Shown: one piece after another, positions 50,059 to 61,810 of the stretch
How the letters are laid out: every line of letters starts with the position of its first letter
Position numbering within the stretch: position 1 is the first letter of the stretch
Source: Vulcanimicrobiota bacterium
GTDB lineage: Bacteria; Vulcanimicrobiota; Vulcanimicrobiia; Vulcanimicrobiales; Vulcanimicrobiaceae
Assembly: GCA_963812155.1 (NCBI GenBank)
Contig: CAWETW010000003.1
Coordinates: 928,001-992,000, forward strand
Direction: 5' to 3'
Length of the DNA: 64,000 bases
Translations under genes and position numbers: made by a program
The notes under the pieces: model-generated
Told to the model about the DNA's origin: nothing
Seen by the model: only the letters and a program-made list of their open reading frames with translations
The model's database searches: none

Positions 50059-51214
50059 GTACGATGCGATCGTACTGGGTTTGGGCGGCATCGGGAGCGG
50101 TGCGGCATACTGGCTCGCCAAGAGCGGAGCGCGGGTGCTCGGAATCGAGCAGTTCCAACTTGGCCACGCGCGCGGAGAGTCGCACGACCATTCGCGCATC
50201 ATTCGGCTATCGTACGTCACGCCGGCGTACGTGCGCCTCGCCAAAGAAGCGTATCGCGCGTGGGACGCGCTCGAGCGCGATGCCAACGAGCGCCTCGTTT
50301 TTCGCACGGGGGGGCTCGACGCGGGACCCGCCGGCGGCGCGATTCCGCTGGAAGGCTACGCCGATGCGATGGCCGCGTGCGGCGTTCCGTTCGAATGGCT
50401 GGATGCCGGGGAGATTCGACGGCGCTGGCCGGCGTTCGAAGTCGAGGACGGCGTGCGCGGCCTGTTTCAGGAAGATGGCGGCATCGTCGCGGCCGAGCGC
50501 GCAACTGCGGCGCATCAACGGATGGCGCGGACCTTCGGAGCGACGCTGCTCGAACGTGCGGAGGCGACGTTGCTCGGCGCGGACGGCGGCGAGATTCGTA
50601 TCGAAGCCGCCGGCCGGCGCTACACCGCGGGCCGCTTGGTCGTGGCCGCCGGACCGTGGACCGCGCGCATCTTGGAGTTCTTCGGCATTCGCATTCCGCT
50701 CGAAGTGACGAAGGAGCAGGCGATGTATTTCGCCGCGCGCGATCTCGAACGGTTTGCGTTCGGACGTTTTCCCGTGTGGATCTGGATGGACGATCCTTCG
50801 TTTTACGGTTTTCCGGTTTTCGGCGAAGCCGATGCCGTGAAAATCACGCAGGATGCCGGAGGCCGCGCCGTCGATCCGGATACGCGCGATTTCGACGAAG
50901 ACGCTGAAATCACGCGGCGCGTCACCGAGTTCTTGGCGTACCGGCTGCCGGCTGCGCTCGGGCCGCGCAAGGTGGTCAAGACGTGTCTCTACACGCTCAC
51001 ACCGGATCGAGACTTCGTCATCGACCGGTTGCCCGGGCACTCCAACGTGTGCGTCGCCGTCGGCGCCGGTCATGCGTTCAAGTTCGCATCCGTGATCGGG
51101 CGCATTCTCAGCGATCTCGCGCCCGGCGTTTCGGTTCCGCCGGCGATCGCGGACTTTTCGCTCGACCGCGAGATCCTGCACATGAAGACGCCGCCCAAAA
51201 CGTATATGGTGTGA
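50051..51214 (+). CDS. solA: Monomeric sarcosine oxidase / N-methyltryptophan oxidase family
   Basis: GLGGIGS, SHDHSRIIR, CLYT.TPD.DF.ID (FAD-linking Cys position) and GHAFKFA. Confidence 0.85.
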   Translation: MTEYDAIVLGLGGIGSGAAYWLAKSGARVLGIEQFQLGHARGESHDHSRIIRLSYVTPAYVRLAKEAYRAWDALERDANERLVFRTGGLDAGPAGGAIPLEGYADAMAACGVPFEWLDAGEIRRRWPAFEVEDGVRGLFQEDGGIVAAERATAAHQRMARTFGATLLERAEATLLGADGGEIRIEAAGRRYTAGRLVVAAGPWTARILEFFGIRIPLEVTKEQAMYFAARDLERFAFGRFPVWIWMDDPSFYGFPVFGEADAVKITQDAGGRAVDPDTRDFDEDAEITRRVTEFLAYRLPAALGPRKVVKTCLYTLTPDRDFVIDRLPGHSNVCVAVGAGHAFKFASVIGRILSDLAPGVSVPPAIADFSLDREILHMKTPPKTYMV

Positions 51215-51251
51215 ATGGAGCGACGCGGTCGCCGCAGAAGGGAACGAGAAC

Positions 51252-51773
51252 TTGAGAGGTACCCGCACCCTCGCTCTGGTCGTACTGCTGGCAATCGTCG
51301 CCGCCGGCGCGTGGTTGTATCTCTCGCACAAGCCGCCGGAACTCGGCGGCTCGCTGACCGTTTACTACACGAAACTCGACGGAACGACGCTCGGAACCCA
51401 GAGCGTCTCTTTACGTCCGCGCGAGCCGGGCGAGAGTGCGGCCGAGCATTTGCGAAATGCCGTGCTCTATGCGGCCGTGCAGGCGGTCGCCGGACCTCCG
51501 AGCGACGTGCAAGCGATTCGCTTTCCTCCGGGAACGCGCGTGCAAGATGCAAGCGTTTCCGGTTCGACGGCGACGATCGACTTGTCGAAGGACGTCGAAC
51601 GGCAACCCGGCGGGACGTTCGGCGAAAACGGAATGTTCAAAGCGCTCGTGTACACCGTCACCGCCGTCCCCGCAATCGCCGCGGTGAAGATTACGATCGG
51701 CGGCGCCGCGCTGCCGACGCTCCCGGGAGGACATCTTGAGCTGGACGAGCCGCTCCACCGCTCCGATTTTTAG
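51252..51773 (+). CDS. GerMN domain protein
   Basis: N-terminal TM; AGP......FP.GTRV.......ATIDLS, LVYTVT....I..V.ITI.G and P..R. Confidence 0.82.
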   Translation: MRGTRTLALVVLLAIVAAGAWLYLSHKPPELGGSLTVYYTKLDGTTLGTQSVSLRPREPGESAAEHLRNAVLYAAVQAVAGPPSDVQAIRFPPGTRVQDASVSGSTATIDLSKDVERQPGGTFGENGMFKALVYTVTAVPAIAAVKITIGGAALPTLPGGHLELDEPLHRSDF

Positions 51774-53664
51774 GGCGCTCCTGTGTTCGGGGCTGGTCGC
51801 GGCGTTCGCGCTGCCCGCCGCCGCCGACGCTCCGATCAAGGCCCTCTATCTGCAGCAGCCGATCGTCTTCACGCACGTGTCGGGTACGGGCGCGACGACC
51901 GCCGTCGGCGTCAACGACCCGGGTTTGCGCGCGCTGCTGCACGCGACCGGCGCCGCGATCACGTGGCGTCCCGGAGAACGTTACGTCCTGATGACGACGG
52001 CCGCTCCGGCGGTCGTGAGTTTCGCGGTGGGCGATCGCCGCTACGACGTTGGACCGGTCGTGCTGCAGGCCTCGATTGCGCCGTTCGTTTCGGGCAACGA
52101 AGCCTATCTTCCGTTCAACGAACTGCTGCGTTCGCTCGATTTGGCGATTCGTCCGGACGGCGCAACGTGGATCTTGCAGCCGCAGCTCGCATCGCTCGAC
52201 GTCCGTTCGTGGGGCAACCGCGCCGATATCGTCGTGCGCGGCGGCATCCCGTTGCGGCCGCGCATCGTGCAAGATGCGCCCGGCGCGGTCATTTACGAGT
52301 TCGACGGCCTCGGGACCGCGTTGACCGGTACGCGCAACGTCAATGCCGGCGGCATTCGATCGATTGCGGTTTCACAAAGCGGGCCCGCGCGCGATCCGAA
52401 GACCGTCGTCAACGTCCAGCTGCTACCGGGCGCGTCGCACGACGTGCCGCGCAGCGACGACGGCCGAGACCTCGTCGTTTCGTTCGGGCCGGCCGGATGG
52501 ACGTCGCAAGTGCCGTTCGGACAAACGCCGCCGCCGGGGGCCGCGGCGAACGGCGAACAACCCCAAACGCCTAGCGTAAACGCGTCCGGCGCGCCGGCTT
52601 CCGGCGCCGCGGCCGTGACGAGCGTGACGGTTGCGCCGTCGTCCGACGGCTACGCGGTGACGATCGCGGTCAGTGGGAACGCCGCATTCGAGTGGCACCG
52701 ACTGCGCGATCCCGACAACCGCTTCTGGGTGGACGTCAAGAACGCGCAACTGCAAACGGCCCCGATCGATCAAACCGAGCCGGATCCGCTGGGCGCGTTG
52801 CGCGTGCGGCAAATCGATCCAACGACCGTGCGCATTGCGCTGTCGCTGACGGGTCCCAAAGCGCTGGCGGTATCGCCCGCGACGACCGGATTGAGTGTCG
52901 ATATCGGCTCGAACGACGTCGCCGATGCGCCGCGCGCCGGCAGCGGCAGCGTCGGCACGACGGTCGCATCGAGCGAACAAACGGCGCCGGTGACGCCGGC
53001 CCCGGGCAGCGAATCGGCATCGTCGTGGAACGACGCCGGAAACGGGTGGAAGTTCGGGTCGCGCTCGTCGTACGTGGCGGCGAATCCGCGGCTCATCGTC
53101 ATCGATCCGGGACACGGCGGGAGCGACCGCGGCTCGTCGCGCCACGGCGTCGACGAAGCCGGCCTCGCGCTCGACATGTCGAAGCGGCTGCGCGACATCC
53201 TCGTCGCCCGGGGATGGCAAGTGCGCATGACGCACGACACCGACGTTGACGTCTATCAGCCCAACGACAGCGCGCACGACGAGCTGCAGGCTCGCGTCGA
53301 CGTCGCCAATCACGCGGGAGCGCGGATGTTCGTCAGCATTCACGCCAACGCATACATCAACTCGGGGCCGTACGGAACGACCTACTATATTTCCAAGCCG
53401 GGCGATCTCGCGCTGGCCCAGGCGATCGAGCGCGACCTGTCGTCGGACGGCACGAAGGACGACGGAATCGTCCGCGCCCACCTCTACGTCACGCTCCACT
53501 CGCTGATGCCGGCCGTGCTGATCGAAACCGCCTTTATCTCAAATCCGAACGATTTCGCGCTCCTCAATTCGTCCGCGTGGCGCCAGCGAGTCGCGCAGTC
53601 GATCGCCGACGGCATCGACCGGTACGCGGCGCAATACCCCGCATCGAATCAGCCTGCACAGTAG
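51736..53664 (+). CDS. N-acetylmuramoyl-L-alanine amidase (AMIN-like domains plus Amidase_3)
   Basis: Signal peptide; IVIDPGHGG.D, E, FVSIHAN and PAVLIE.AFISN; exact start uncertain. Confidence 0.9.
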   Translation: MSWTSRSTAPIFRALLCSGLVAAFALPAAADAPIKALYLQQPIVFTHVSGTGATTAVGVNDPGLRALLHATGAAITWRPGERYVLMTTAAPAVVSFAVGDRRYDVGPVVLQASIAPFVSGNEAYLPFNELLRSLDLAIRPDGATWILQPQLASLDVRSWGNRADIVVRGGIPLRPRIVQDAPGAVIYEFDGLGTALTGTRNVNAGGIRSIAVSQSGPARDPKTVVNVQLLPGASHDVPRSDDGRDLVVSFGPAGWTSQVPFGQTPPPGAAANGEQPQTPSVNASGAPASGAAAVTSVTVAPSSDGYAVTIAVSGNAAFEWHRLRDPDNRFWVDVKNAQLQTAPIDQTEPDPLGALRVRQIDPTTVRIALSLTGPKALAVSPATTGLSVDIGSNDVADAPRAGSGSVGTTVASSEQTAPVTPAPGSESASSWNDAGNGWKFGSRSSYVAANPRLIVIDPGHGGSDRGSSRHGVDEAGLALDMSKRLRDILVARGWQVRMTHDTDVDVYQPNDSAHDELQARVDVANHAGARMFVSIHANAYINSGPYGTTYYISKPGDLALAQAIERDLSSDGTKDDGIVRAHLYVTLHSLMPAVLIETAFISNPNDFALLNSSAWRQRVAQSIADGIDRYAAQYPASNQPAQ

Positions 53665-53665
53665 C

Positions 53666-54457
53666 GTGATCGGGCTATTCGATTCTGGATTGGGCGGCCT
53701 GACCGTGATTCGGCGTCTTCGGGAGCGGATGCCGGAGGCCGACATCGTGTTCTTTGCCGATCAAGCGAACGTGCCGTACGGCGATCGAGAGCCGGAGGAA
53801 TTGCACGGACTGCTCGCGGCGAATCTGGCGCGGCTCGACGATTACGGCGCCGATGCAATCGTCATGGCGTGCAACACGTCGTGCGCGATTGCGGAGCGTT
53901 ACGGCTGGCCGTCGACGCGCGCGCCGGTGCTCGATTTGATCGATTCGGCTGCGACGGCGGCGCAACGGGCCGGATACCGGCGTCTGGGCGTCGTTGCGAC
54001 GGCTGCGACGGTGAGCGCCGGTTCGTACGGGCGAACGCTGCGTTCTGCAATTCCGGGTGCGGAAGTGTGGGAGGTCGCCGCCCCGGCGCTGGTGCCGCTG
54101 GTCGAGTCGGGCGACGTACGCAGCGCGCGAGCGCGCACGGCGGTCGAAAGGGTCTGCCGCGAACTGCCCGGCGACCTCGACGCAGTCATCTACGGCTGCA
54201 CGCACTACCCGGTGCTGGGCACGCATTTTGCCGCCGCGCTCGGCGATCGCGTCGCACTCGTCGATCCGGCGGTCATGCAGGCCGAGCGCGCGGCCGCATT
54301 GCTCGACGCTCGGGAAGTGCCGCTCGAAGGCGGCGCCATGCGCTACGTGACGTCGGGCGATCCGGTTGCGTTTGCGGCGGCGGTGGCCCTGATTACCGGT
54401 GAGGCCGCCCCGCCGGTCGAGCCGCTCGCCGGGACGGCGGCGCCCGTTCGCTCATAG
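53666..54457 (+). CDS. murI: Glutamate racemase
   Basis: IGLFDSGLGGLTV, PYG, ACNT and GCTHYP. Confidence 0.95.
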   Translation: MIGLFDSGLGGLTVIRRLRERMPEADIVFFADQANVPYGDREPEELHGLLAANLARLDDYGADAIVMACNTSCAIAERYGWPSTRAPVLDLIDSAATAAQRAGYRRLGVVATAATVSAGSYGRTLRSAIPGAEVWEVAAPALVPLVESGDVRSARARTAVERVCRELPGDLDAVIYGCTHYPVLGTHFAAALGDRVALVDPAVMQAERAAALLDAREVPLEGGAMRYVTSGDPVAFAAAVALITGEAAPPVEPLAGTAAPVRS

Positions 54458-55087
54458 ACGCGCTACGTGGAAGAGCGAGAAGAAGAGCATCGTCGTAACC
54501 GTCGCCAAAGCGGCGCCCGCCACGACTTGCGCGACCGTGTGGGCTTTCAAGTAAACGCGCGCCCAGCAGACCATCGGAATCAGGACGAGAAACGGAAGCG
54601 GACCGCGGCCGTAGAGCAGCGTCAGCGCCACCAGCGGCGCCGTGATCCCCAGCGCGTGGGTGCTGATCTTCCAGTAGCGCGTGATGTAGCCGACGATCAG
54701 CGTCGACGCGACGTAACCGAGCATTGCGGCGATCATCAACCGCGGCGCGCCGATCAGCCACAACGCTGCGGCGCCGAAAAGATAAAAGACCACGAAGGTA
54801 CTGAAAACGACCTCGCGCTCGCTGCGCACCGACATGTCCAAGTCCGAGATGCGGTCCGTAGAGTAGAGCCAGAACACGTACAGCATCGGGCCGAGCGATG
54901 TGAAGAACGTCGAGAGGAAAAGCAAGCGCCAGAAGTCGAGGGTGCTTTTTGCGGTGATCTCGGCGAGGATCACGAAGAGCGCGAGCGCCGTGAGAAACGG
55001 ATTGAAAATCGTCGAGAGAATGCGTGCCAAGTCGCGCCAGACTTGACGATTCTTGATCGGGACGACGGACCGACCGGGCTCGACCAC
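54452..55087 (-). CDS. PAP2-superfamily membrane protein
   Basis: WKIS.H and WARV.L.AHT.AQV.AG motifs; about 6 TMs. Confidence 0.75.
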   Translation of the reverse strand: MVEPGRSVVPIKNRQVWRDLARILSTIFNPFLTALALFVILAEITAKSTLDFWRLLFLSTFFTSLGPMLYVFWLYSTDRISDLDMSVRSEREVVFSTFVVFYLFGAAALWLIGAPRLMIAAMLGYVASTLIVGYITRYWKISTHALGITAPLVALTLLYGRGPLPFLVLIPMVCWARVYLKAHTVAQVVAGAALATVTTMLFFSLFHVARL

Positions 55088-55182
55088 AGCGGCTACTCAC
55101 GTCGCAGGCGCGCCGACTCCTGCGGGCAGGCCGCGCCGGGTTGCCGGTCGTAGTGATAGCCGGCCCCTATAGATAGGAGAGA

Positions 55183-55608
55183 TTGATTCATTTGAGCTTG
55201 CTTCTGCTTGCCGCGACCCCCGGCTACTCGCTGCCCGCGCCCATTTCCACGTCGGTTATTTCCAACGGCGTCAAGGCGACGGCTCACGCCGCGCCTGCGA
55301 AAGCGGTGCCTTTCGTGCCGCCGGTTTCGACGCCGTCTTTGCCCGCGCCGGAGACGTGGGTTGCGCAGCACCTGCCGTGGCTGACCCATGGCCTCGCCGG
55401 AATTTTCGTCATCGCCGCACTCGCGCTGATTTTCTTGCTCGCGATTCAAACGACCAAACAAGAAGGCCTCACCGGCTCGATCGGCGGCCGCGTCGAGTCG
55501 GCGTATCGCGGCCGCCTCGGCGCCGAAGAACAGCTCAAACGCATGACCGGCGGTGTGGCCGTCGTTTTCGTCGTCGCCGCATTCGTGCTGTCGCTGACCG
55601 GAATCTAA
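55183..55608 (+). CDS. secG: Preprotein translocase subunit SecG with an N-terminal extension
   Basis: LI.LL.IQ..K.EGL.GSIGG......G.E..L.RMT followed by a second TM; AGGAGA RBS before TTG. Confidence 0.8.
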   Translation: MIHLSLLLLAATPGYSLPAPISTSVISNGVKATAHAAPAKAVPFVPPVSTPSLPAPETWVAQHLPWLTHGLAGIFVIAALALIFLLAIQTTKQEGLTGSIGGRVESAYRGRLGAEEQLKRMTGGVAVVFVVAAFVLSLTGI

Positions 55609-55626
55609 AGGGACGCGAAGGCTTCC

Positions 55627-56654
<1,028 letters not shown>

Positions 56655-56658
<4 letters not shown>

Positions 56659-57688
56659 GCGGGCTGCTCGTCGACGTCAACGACCTCTACAAGTACTTTC
56701 CGATTCACGCCGGCCTGATGTCCGCGCCACGTCGGCGACGTCAAGGCCGTCGACGGCGTCAGCTTCTCGATCTCCGCAAGGCGAGACGCTCGGTCTCGTC
56801 GGCGAGTCGGGCTCCGGCAAAACGACGATCGGCCGGCTGTTGCTGCGTCTCTTGCCCGTCACCGAGCGGCGAGATCATTTCGACGGCCAGTCCGTCGTCG
56901 CGCTCAAGCAGGCACGACCTGCGCCAGCTGCGGCGGAAGATGCAGATCATCTTCCAGGATCCGTTCGCATCGCTGAATCCGCGGATGACCGTCGGCGACA
57001 TCATCGGCGAACCGCTGCGCATCCACGGGTTCGCGCAGCGGCAAGGCGGTCGACGAGCGCGTCCAGGATCTGCTCAAGCGCGTCGGCCTGCAGCCCTACC
57101 ACGCCAACCGGTATCCGCACGAGTTCTCGGGCGGGCAGCGCCAGCGCGTCGGAATCGCGCGCGCGCTCGCCGTCGATCCGAAGTTCATCGTCTGCGACGA
57201 GCCGGTCTCGGCGCTCGACGTCTCGATTCAGGCGCAGGTCATCAACCTGCTCGAAGACCTGCAGCAGCAGCTCGGCCTGACCTACCTCTTCATCGCGCAC
57301 GACCTCTCGGTCGTGCGGCACATCTCGACCCGCGTCGCCGTCATGTACGTCGGCAAGATCGTCGAGATCGGCCGACCGCGACGCGCTGTACATGCGAACC
57401 CGCTGCACCCCTACACGCAGGCGCTGCTCTCGGCGATTCCGATCCCCGATCCCGCGCTGGAGAAGCGCGCGCAAACGCATCGTGCTCACCGGCGACATTC
57501 CGTCGCCGGTCAATCCGCCGTCGGGCTGCCGCTTTCACACGCGCTGCCCGATCGCGTTCGAGCGCTGCACGATGGAAGAGCCGCCGTTCAAGGACTACGC
57601 GAGCGGTCATTTCGCCGCGTGCCACTGGGTCGAAGAACACGGCGGCCAGGCGCCGAATCTGGCCGGCGGACCGATCGTCGTCGCGTAA
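56655..57688 (+). CDS. oppF: Oligopeptide ABC ATP-binding protein OppF/DppF (several indels)
   Basis: [42 protein letters not shown] and [11 protein letters not shown] split across frames. Confidence 0.85.
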
Positions 57689-57700
57689 ACCGCAGCAATC

Positions 57701-57738
57701 AAAATAAACGAAGAGCGGCTGCCTTTCGGCAACCGCTC
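57701..57738 (-). terminator. Intrinsic terminator downstream of the histone-like gene
   Basis: Minus strand GAGCGGTTGCC-GAAA-GGCAGCCGCTC followed by TTCGTTTATTTT. Confidence 0.8.
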
Positions 57739-57759
57739 GTTCTGCGTTGAATCCGGGCG

Positions 57760-58140
57760 TTAGCCCTTTTTCTTGCGTCCGCGTCTCTTGCGACGCACGA
57801 CTTTGCGGACGGCTTTCTTGCGGACGGCTTTGCGGGCGACCTTTCTGCGGACGACCTTGCGAACCGCCTTCTTGCGGGCTTTTCTGCGGACGACTTTCCG
57901 CGCGACTTTCCTTCGGGCGACTTTTCTGCGTACGGCCTTGCGGGCGACTTTCCGGCGCACGACTTTGCGGGCGACTTTCCTGCGTACGACTTTGCGGGCG
58001 ACTTTCTTACGAACGATCTTGCGAGCCACTTTCTTGCGCACGGCCTTCCTGACGATGGCCTTGCGCACGGCGCGTCTACGGACGGCTTTGCGGAGACCTT
58101 CCCCGCCCATTCCGCCGTTGTCCATCATATCCGAGTCCAT
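57760..58140 (-). CDS. Histone H1-like (HctB/Hc2-style) Arg/Lys-rich repeat protein
   Basis: GAGGAGG RBS; pentapeptide repeats K(A/V/I)VR(R/K) and KVAR(K); own terminator; varied synonymous codons. Confidence 0.8.
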   Translation of the reverse strand: MDSDMMDNGGMGGEGLRKAVRRRAVRKAIVRKAVRKKVARKIVRKKVARKVVRRKVARKVVRRKVARKAVRRKVARRKVARKVVRRKARKKAVRKVVRRKVARKAVRKKAVRKVVRRKRRGRKKKG

Positions 58141-58285
58141 TCATTCCTCCTCGTCCCCCGGGGGACGACAAGCCGTAAGTCGGATAGCGCTCGTTGGCGC
58201 TTTGAGCGCATCATAGTGGATTTCGTCGAATCGTGCAAATTCGCGCGCGCTGCCCACGCGCGTCACGCGCGCGAGCGCGAGACGT

Positions 58286-58315
58286 TTGCCGGGGCTTGAC
58301 CAGCGAGAGTATACT
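58286..58315 (+). promoter_or_regulatory. Sigma70-type promoter for a leaderless topA transcript
   Basis: TTGCCG-N18-TATACT, then 7 nt to GTG at 58323; no Shine-Dalgarno. Confidence 0.55.
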
Positions 58316-58322
58316 AGGGCCC

Positions 58323-60449
58323 GTGAAAAAGGCCCTGATCATCGTCGAGTCGCCGACCAAGGCGCGAACGATCAAGAAGTTTCTGCCGCCGCGCTACGCA
58401 GTGTCCGCGTCGGTCGGGCACGTGCGCGATCTGCCCAAGAGCACTCTCGGCGTCGACGTCGAGCACGATTTCACGCCGAAATACCTTACGATCAAAGGTA
58501 AGGGCGACGTCATCAAAGAGCTCAAGAGCGCGGTCAAAGGGGCGAGCGACGTCTATCTGGCGACCGACCCGGATCGCGAAGGCGAAGCGATTGCGTGGCA
58601 TCTCGCGGAGTTGCTGAAGCTCCCGAAACCGAAGCGCATCGAGCTCCACGAGATCACCAAAGACGCGGCGCTCGCAGCGCTGCGCGACCCGCATCCGATC
58701 GACATGGATCGCGTGAACGCGCAGCAGGCGCGCCGGATTCTCGACCGGCTGGTCGGTTACAAGATCTCGCCGCTGCTCTGGGCGAAAGTCCGCGGCGGCC
58801 TCTCGGCCGGACGCGTGCAGTCGGTGGCGGTCAAACTGATCGTCGATCGCGAACGCGAGATCAGCGCGTTCGTCCCGCGCGAATACTGGATCGATCACCG
58901 CGTCGCTCGCGACCGCGCGCGCCCCCGGCAGCCCTTTCCGGCCGAACTCGTCGCCGATCGCGGCGAGAAGGCCGAGGTCGCCTCGCAAGCGCGGGCCAGC
59001 GAGATTCTACGCGAACTCGACGGCGTGGCCTTCGCGTGTCGTCGGTGCGCAAGCGCGAGGTGCGGCGCAACGCGCCGGCCCCGTTCACGACCTCGACGCT
59101 CCAGCAAGAGGCGTCGCGCAAGCTGCAAGTTGCGCGTCCGCAAGACGATGCAGCTCGCGCAGGCGCTGTACGAAGGCGTCGATCTCGGCGGCGCCGAGGG
59201 CACGCTCGGTCTCATCACCTACATGCGCACCGACTCGACGCGCATCAGCGATCCGGCCCGGGAAACGGCGCGCGAGTACGTCGAGCGACCTACGGCGAAG
59301 ACTTCCACGGCGGCCGCGTCTACAAGGTCCGCGAGGGCGCGCAAGACGCGCACGAAGCGATCCGCCCGACCTCCGTGTTCAACACGCCGCAACGCGTCGC
59401 CGGCGACCTCAAACGCGACGAGCTGCGGCTGTACACCATGATCTGGGAACGCTTCGTGGCATCGCAGATGTCGGCCGCGGTCTTCGACCAAACGACGGTC
59501 GACGTCTCCGCCGGCAACTACACGTTCCGCGCGACCGGCTCGGCGATGCACTTCGCCGGCTTCACGCGCGTCTATGAGGAAAGCCGCGACGACGAAAAGG
59601 AGAGCGGCAAACGCATCGTGCTGCCGGAACTGCACGACGCCGACCCGCTCGACTGCCGCAAGATCGATCCGAAGCAGCACTTCACCGAGCCGCCGCCGCG
59701 CTACACCGAAGCGTCGCTGGTGAAAGCGCTCGAGGAGAACGGCATCGGCCGGCCGTCGACCTACTCGACGATCGTCGAGACGATTCAAGCGCGCGGCTAC
59801 GTGACGCAGCAAGAGCGCCGCTTCATGCCGACCGAGATCGGGATTGCGGTCAACGATCTGCTGGTGGAGCACTTCCCGAAGATCGTCGAGTCTGGATTTC
59901 ACCGCGAGCATGGAAGGCGATCTCGACAAGGTGGCCGGGGCAACGGGGACTGGGTCGCAGTGCTGCGCGGTTTCTACGGACCGTTTGCCGGCGAACTCGA
60001 GGCCGCGAAGAAGAAGCTGCCGCAGCTGGAACTGCGCGACGAGCCGACCGACGAGATCTGTCCGAACTGCGGGCGACCGATGGTCATCAAAACGGGCCGC
60101 TTCGGAAAGTTCATTTCGTGCACCGGCTATCCGGAGTGCAAGACGACCAAACCGATCGTCAAAGACACCGGCGCGAAGTGTCCCAAGGACGGCGGCATGA
60201 TCGTCGAGCGCACGCTCGCGCAAGGGACGCACGTTCTTCGGCTGCGCCAACTATCCGAAGTGCGACTTCGTCTCGTGGGATCGCGTCGTCCCCGAACCGT
60301 GCCCGGTCTGCGGCGTCTACGTCGTTGCGAAGACGCGCCGCGGCGGCGACCGTGCACTTCGAGTGCGCCGCCGATCAAGACGCACGACGTTGTCGGCACT
60401 CGCGGCGTGGCGCGGACCGGCCGAATCTGCGACCTTGAGCGCAGTCTGA
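58323..60449 (+). CDS. topA: DNA topoisomerase I (multiple indels; end approximate)
   Basis: [51 protein letters not shown] and C-terminal zinc ribbons. Confidence 0.93.
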
Positions 60450-61800
60450 CGCGGCTGACCGTCATCGGCGGCGGCCTCGCGGGATGCGAGGCGGCATGGC
60501 AAGCCGCGCGCCGCGGCGTCGACGTCGATTTGTACGAGATGCGGCCGCATCGCACGCGGTCCGGCGCACCAGACGGGCGATGCTGGCCGAACTCGTCTGC
60601 AGCAACTCGCTGCGCGGCGCCGCGCTCGAGAACGCGGTCGGGCTGCTCAAAGAAGAGCTCGCGCGGCTCGATTCGCTCATCGTCACGTCGGCGCGCGAAG
60701 CCGCGGTGCCGGCCGGCGGCGCGCTGGCCGTCGACCGCGAGCGGTTCTGCCGCTGCCGTCGAATCGCGCTATCGCACCACCCGCGCTTCGCATCGTGCGT
60801 GACGAAGTCCGCGCGATTCCGCGCGATCGGTCCGGTCATCGTCGCGTGCGGACCGTTGCCGTCGCAGCGCTGCTCGACGACGATCGACGCGCTGCTGCGA
60901 GAGGCAACGGGCCGGCCTCGGCGCGCGGCTGCACTACTTCGATGCTGCGTCGCCGATCGTCGCGACCGACTCGATCGACGAGACGCCGATGTACCGCAAG
61001 TCGCGCTACGATAAAGGCGACGGCGACGACTACCTCAACATTCCGCTCGACAAGCGAGCAGTACCTGCAGCTCGTCGCCGATCTGCGGACGCTGCCGACG
61101 CCACGAGCCGAAAGATTTCGAGGACGGCGACGCGCAAGGTACTTCGAAGGCTGCCTGCCGATCGAAGAGATGGCCGATCGCGGCGACGATACGCTGCGCT
61201 TCGGTCCGCTGAAACCGGTCGGATTGCGCGATCCGCGCACCGGCACGACGCCGTACGCCGTCGTGCAGCTGCGCAAGGAAAACGTCGGAGGGCACCGCGT
61301 TCAACCTCGTCGGCTTCCAAACGCGCCTGACGTGGCCCGCGCAAAAGGAAGCGTTCGGAAAACTCCCGGGCTTGCCAACGCCGAGTGGCTGCGTCTGGGC
61401 GTGATGCACCGCAACACGTTCATCGATTCACCGCGTCTGCTCGACGCGAAGCTCAGCTGCGCGACGCGACGGACTCTACTTCGCGGGACAGATCACCGGC
61501 GCCGAGGGCTACGTCGAAGCGGCCGCTTGCGGCGCGATGGCCGGAACGCACGCGGCGCGCGCGATTCTGGGCTATCCGCGATCGAGTTTCCGCGCGAGAC
61601 CGCGTTCGGCGCCGTCGTCGCGCATCTGCAGAACACGGCCACACCCGACTTCCAACCGGCCAACGTCACGTGGGCGTCGTTCCCGCCGCCGGCGAACGAG
61701 GTCCAGCGACAAAAGGGCGCGGCGGCGCGCGCTGGCGGCGCGCGCGCTGGCGGCGGTCGATGCGATGGCGCGTGAAACCCCGCTCGCGCCGCGGGGGTAA
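60446..61800 (+). CDS. trmFO: tRNA (uracil-5-)-methyltransferase TrmFO/Gid (multiple indels; start approximate)
   Basis: [44 protein letters not shown] and GVMHRNTFI. Confidence 0.92.
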
Positions 61801-61810
61801 TCACCGTACG

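Noticed and set aside
57747..58216. Plus-strand repeat ORFs (Cys-rich CGRL or RTTLR repeats) as a metallothionein or RiPP
   Set aside because: Antisense readings of the H1-like gene; the RBS and terminator support the minus strand.
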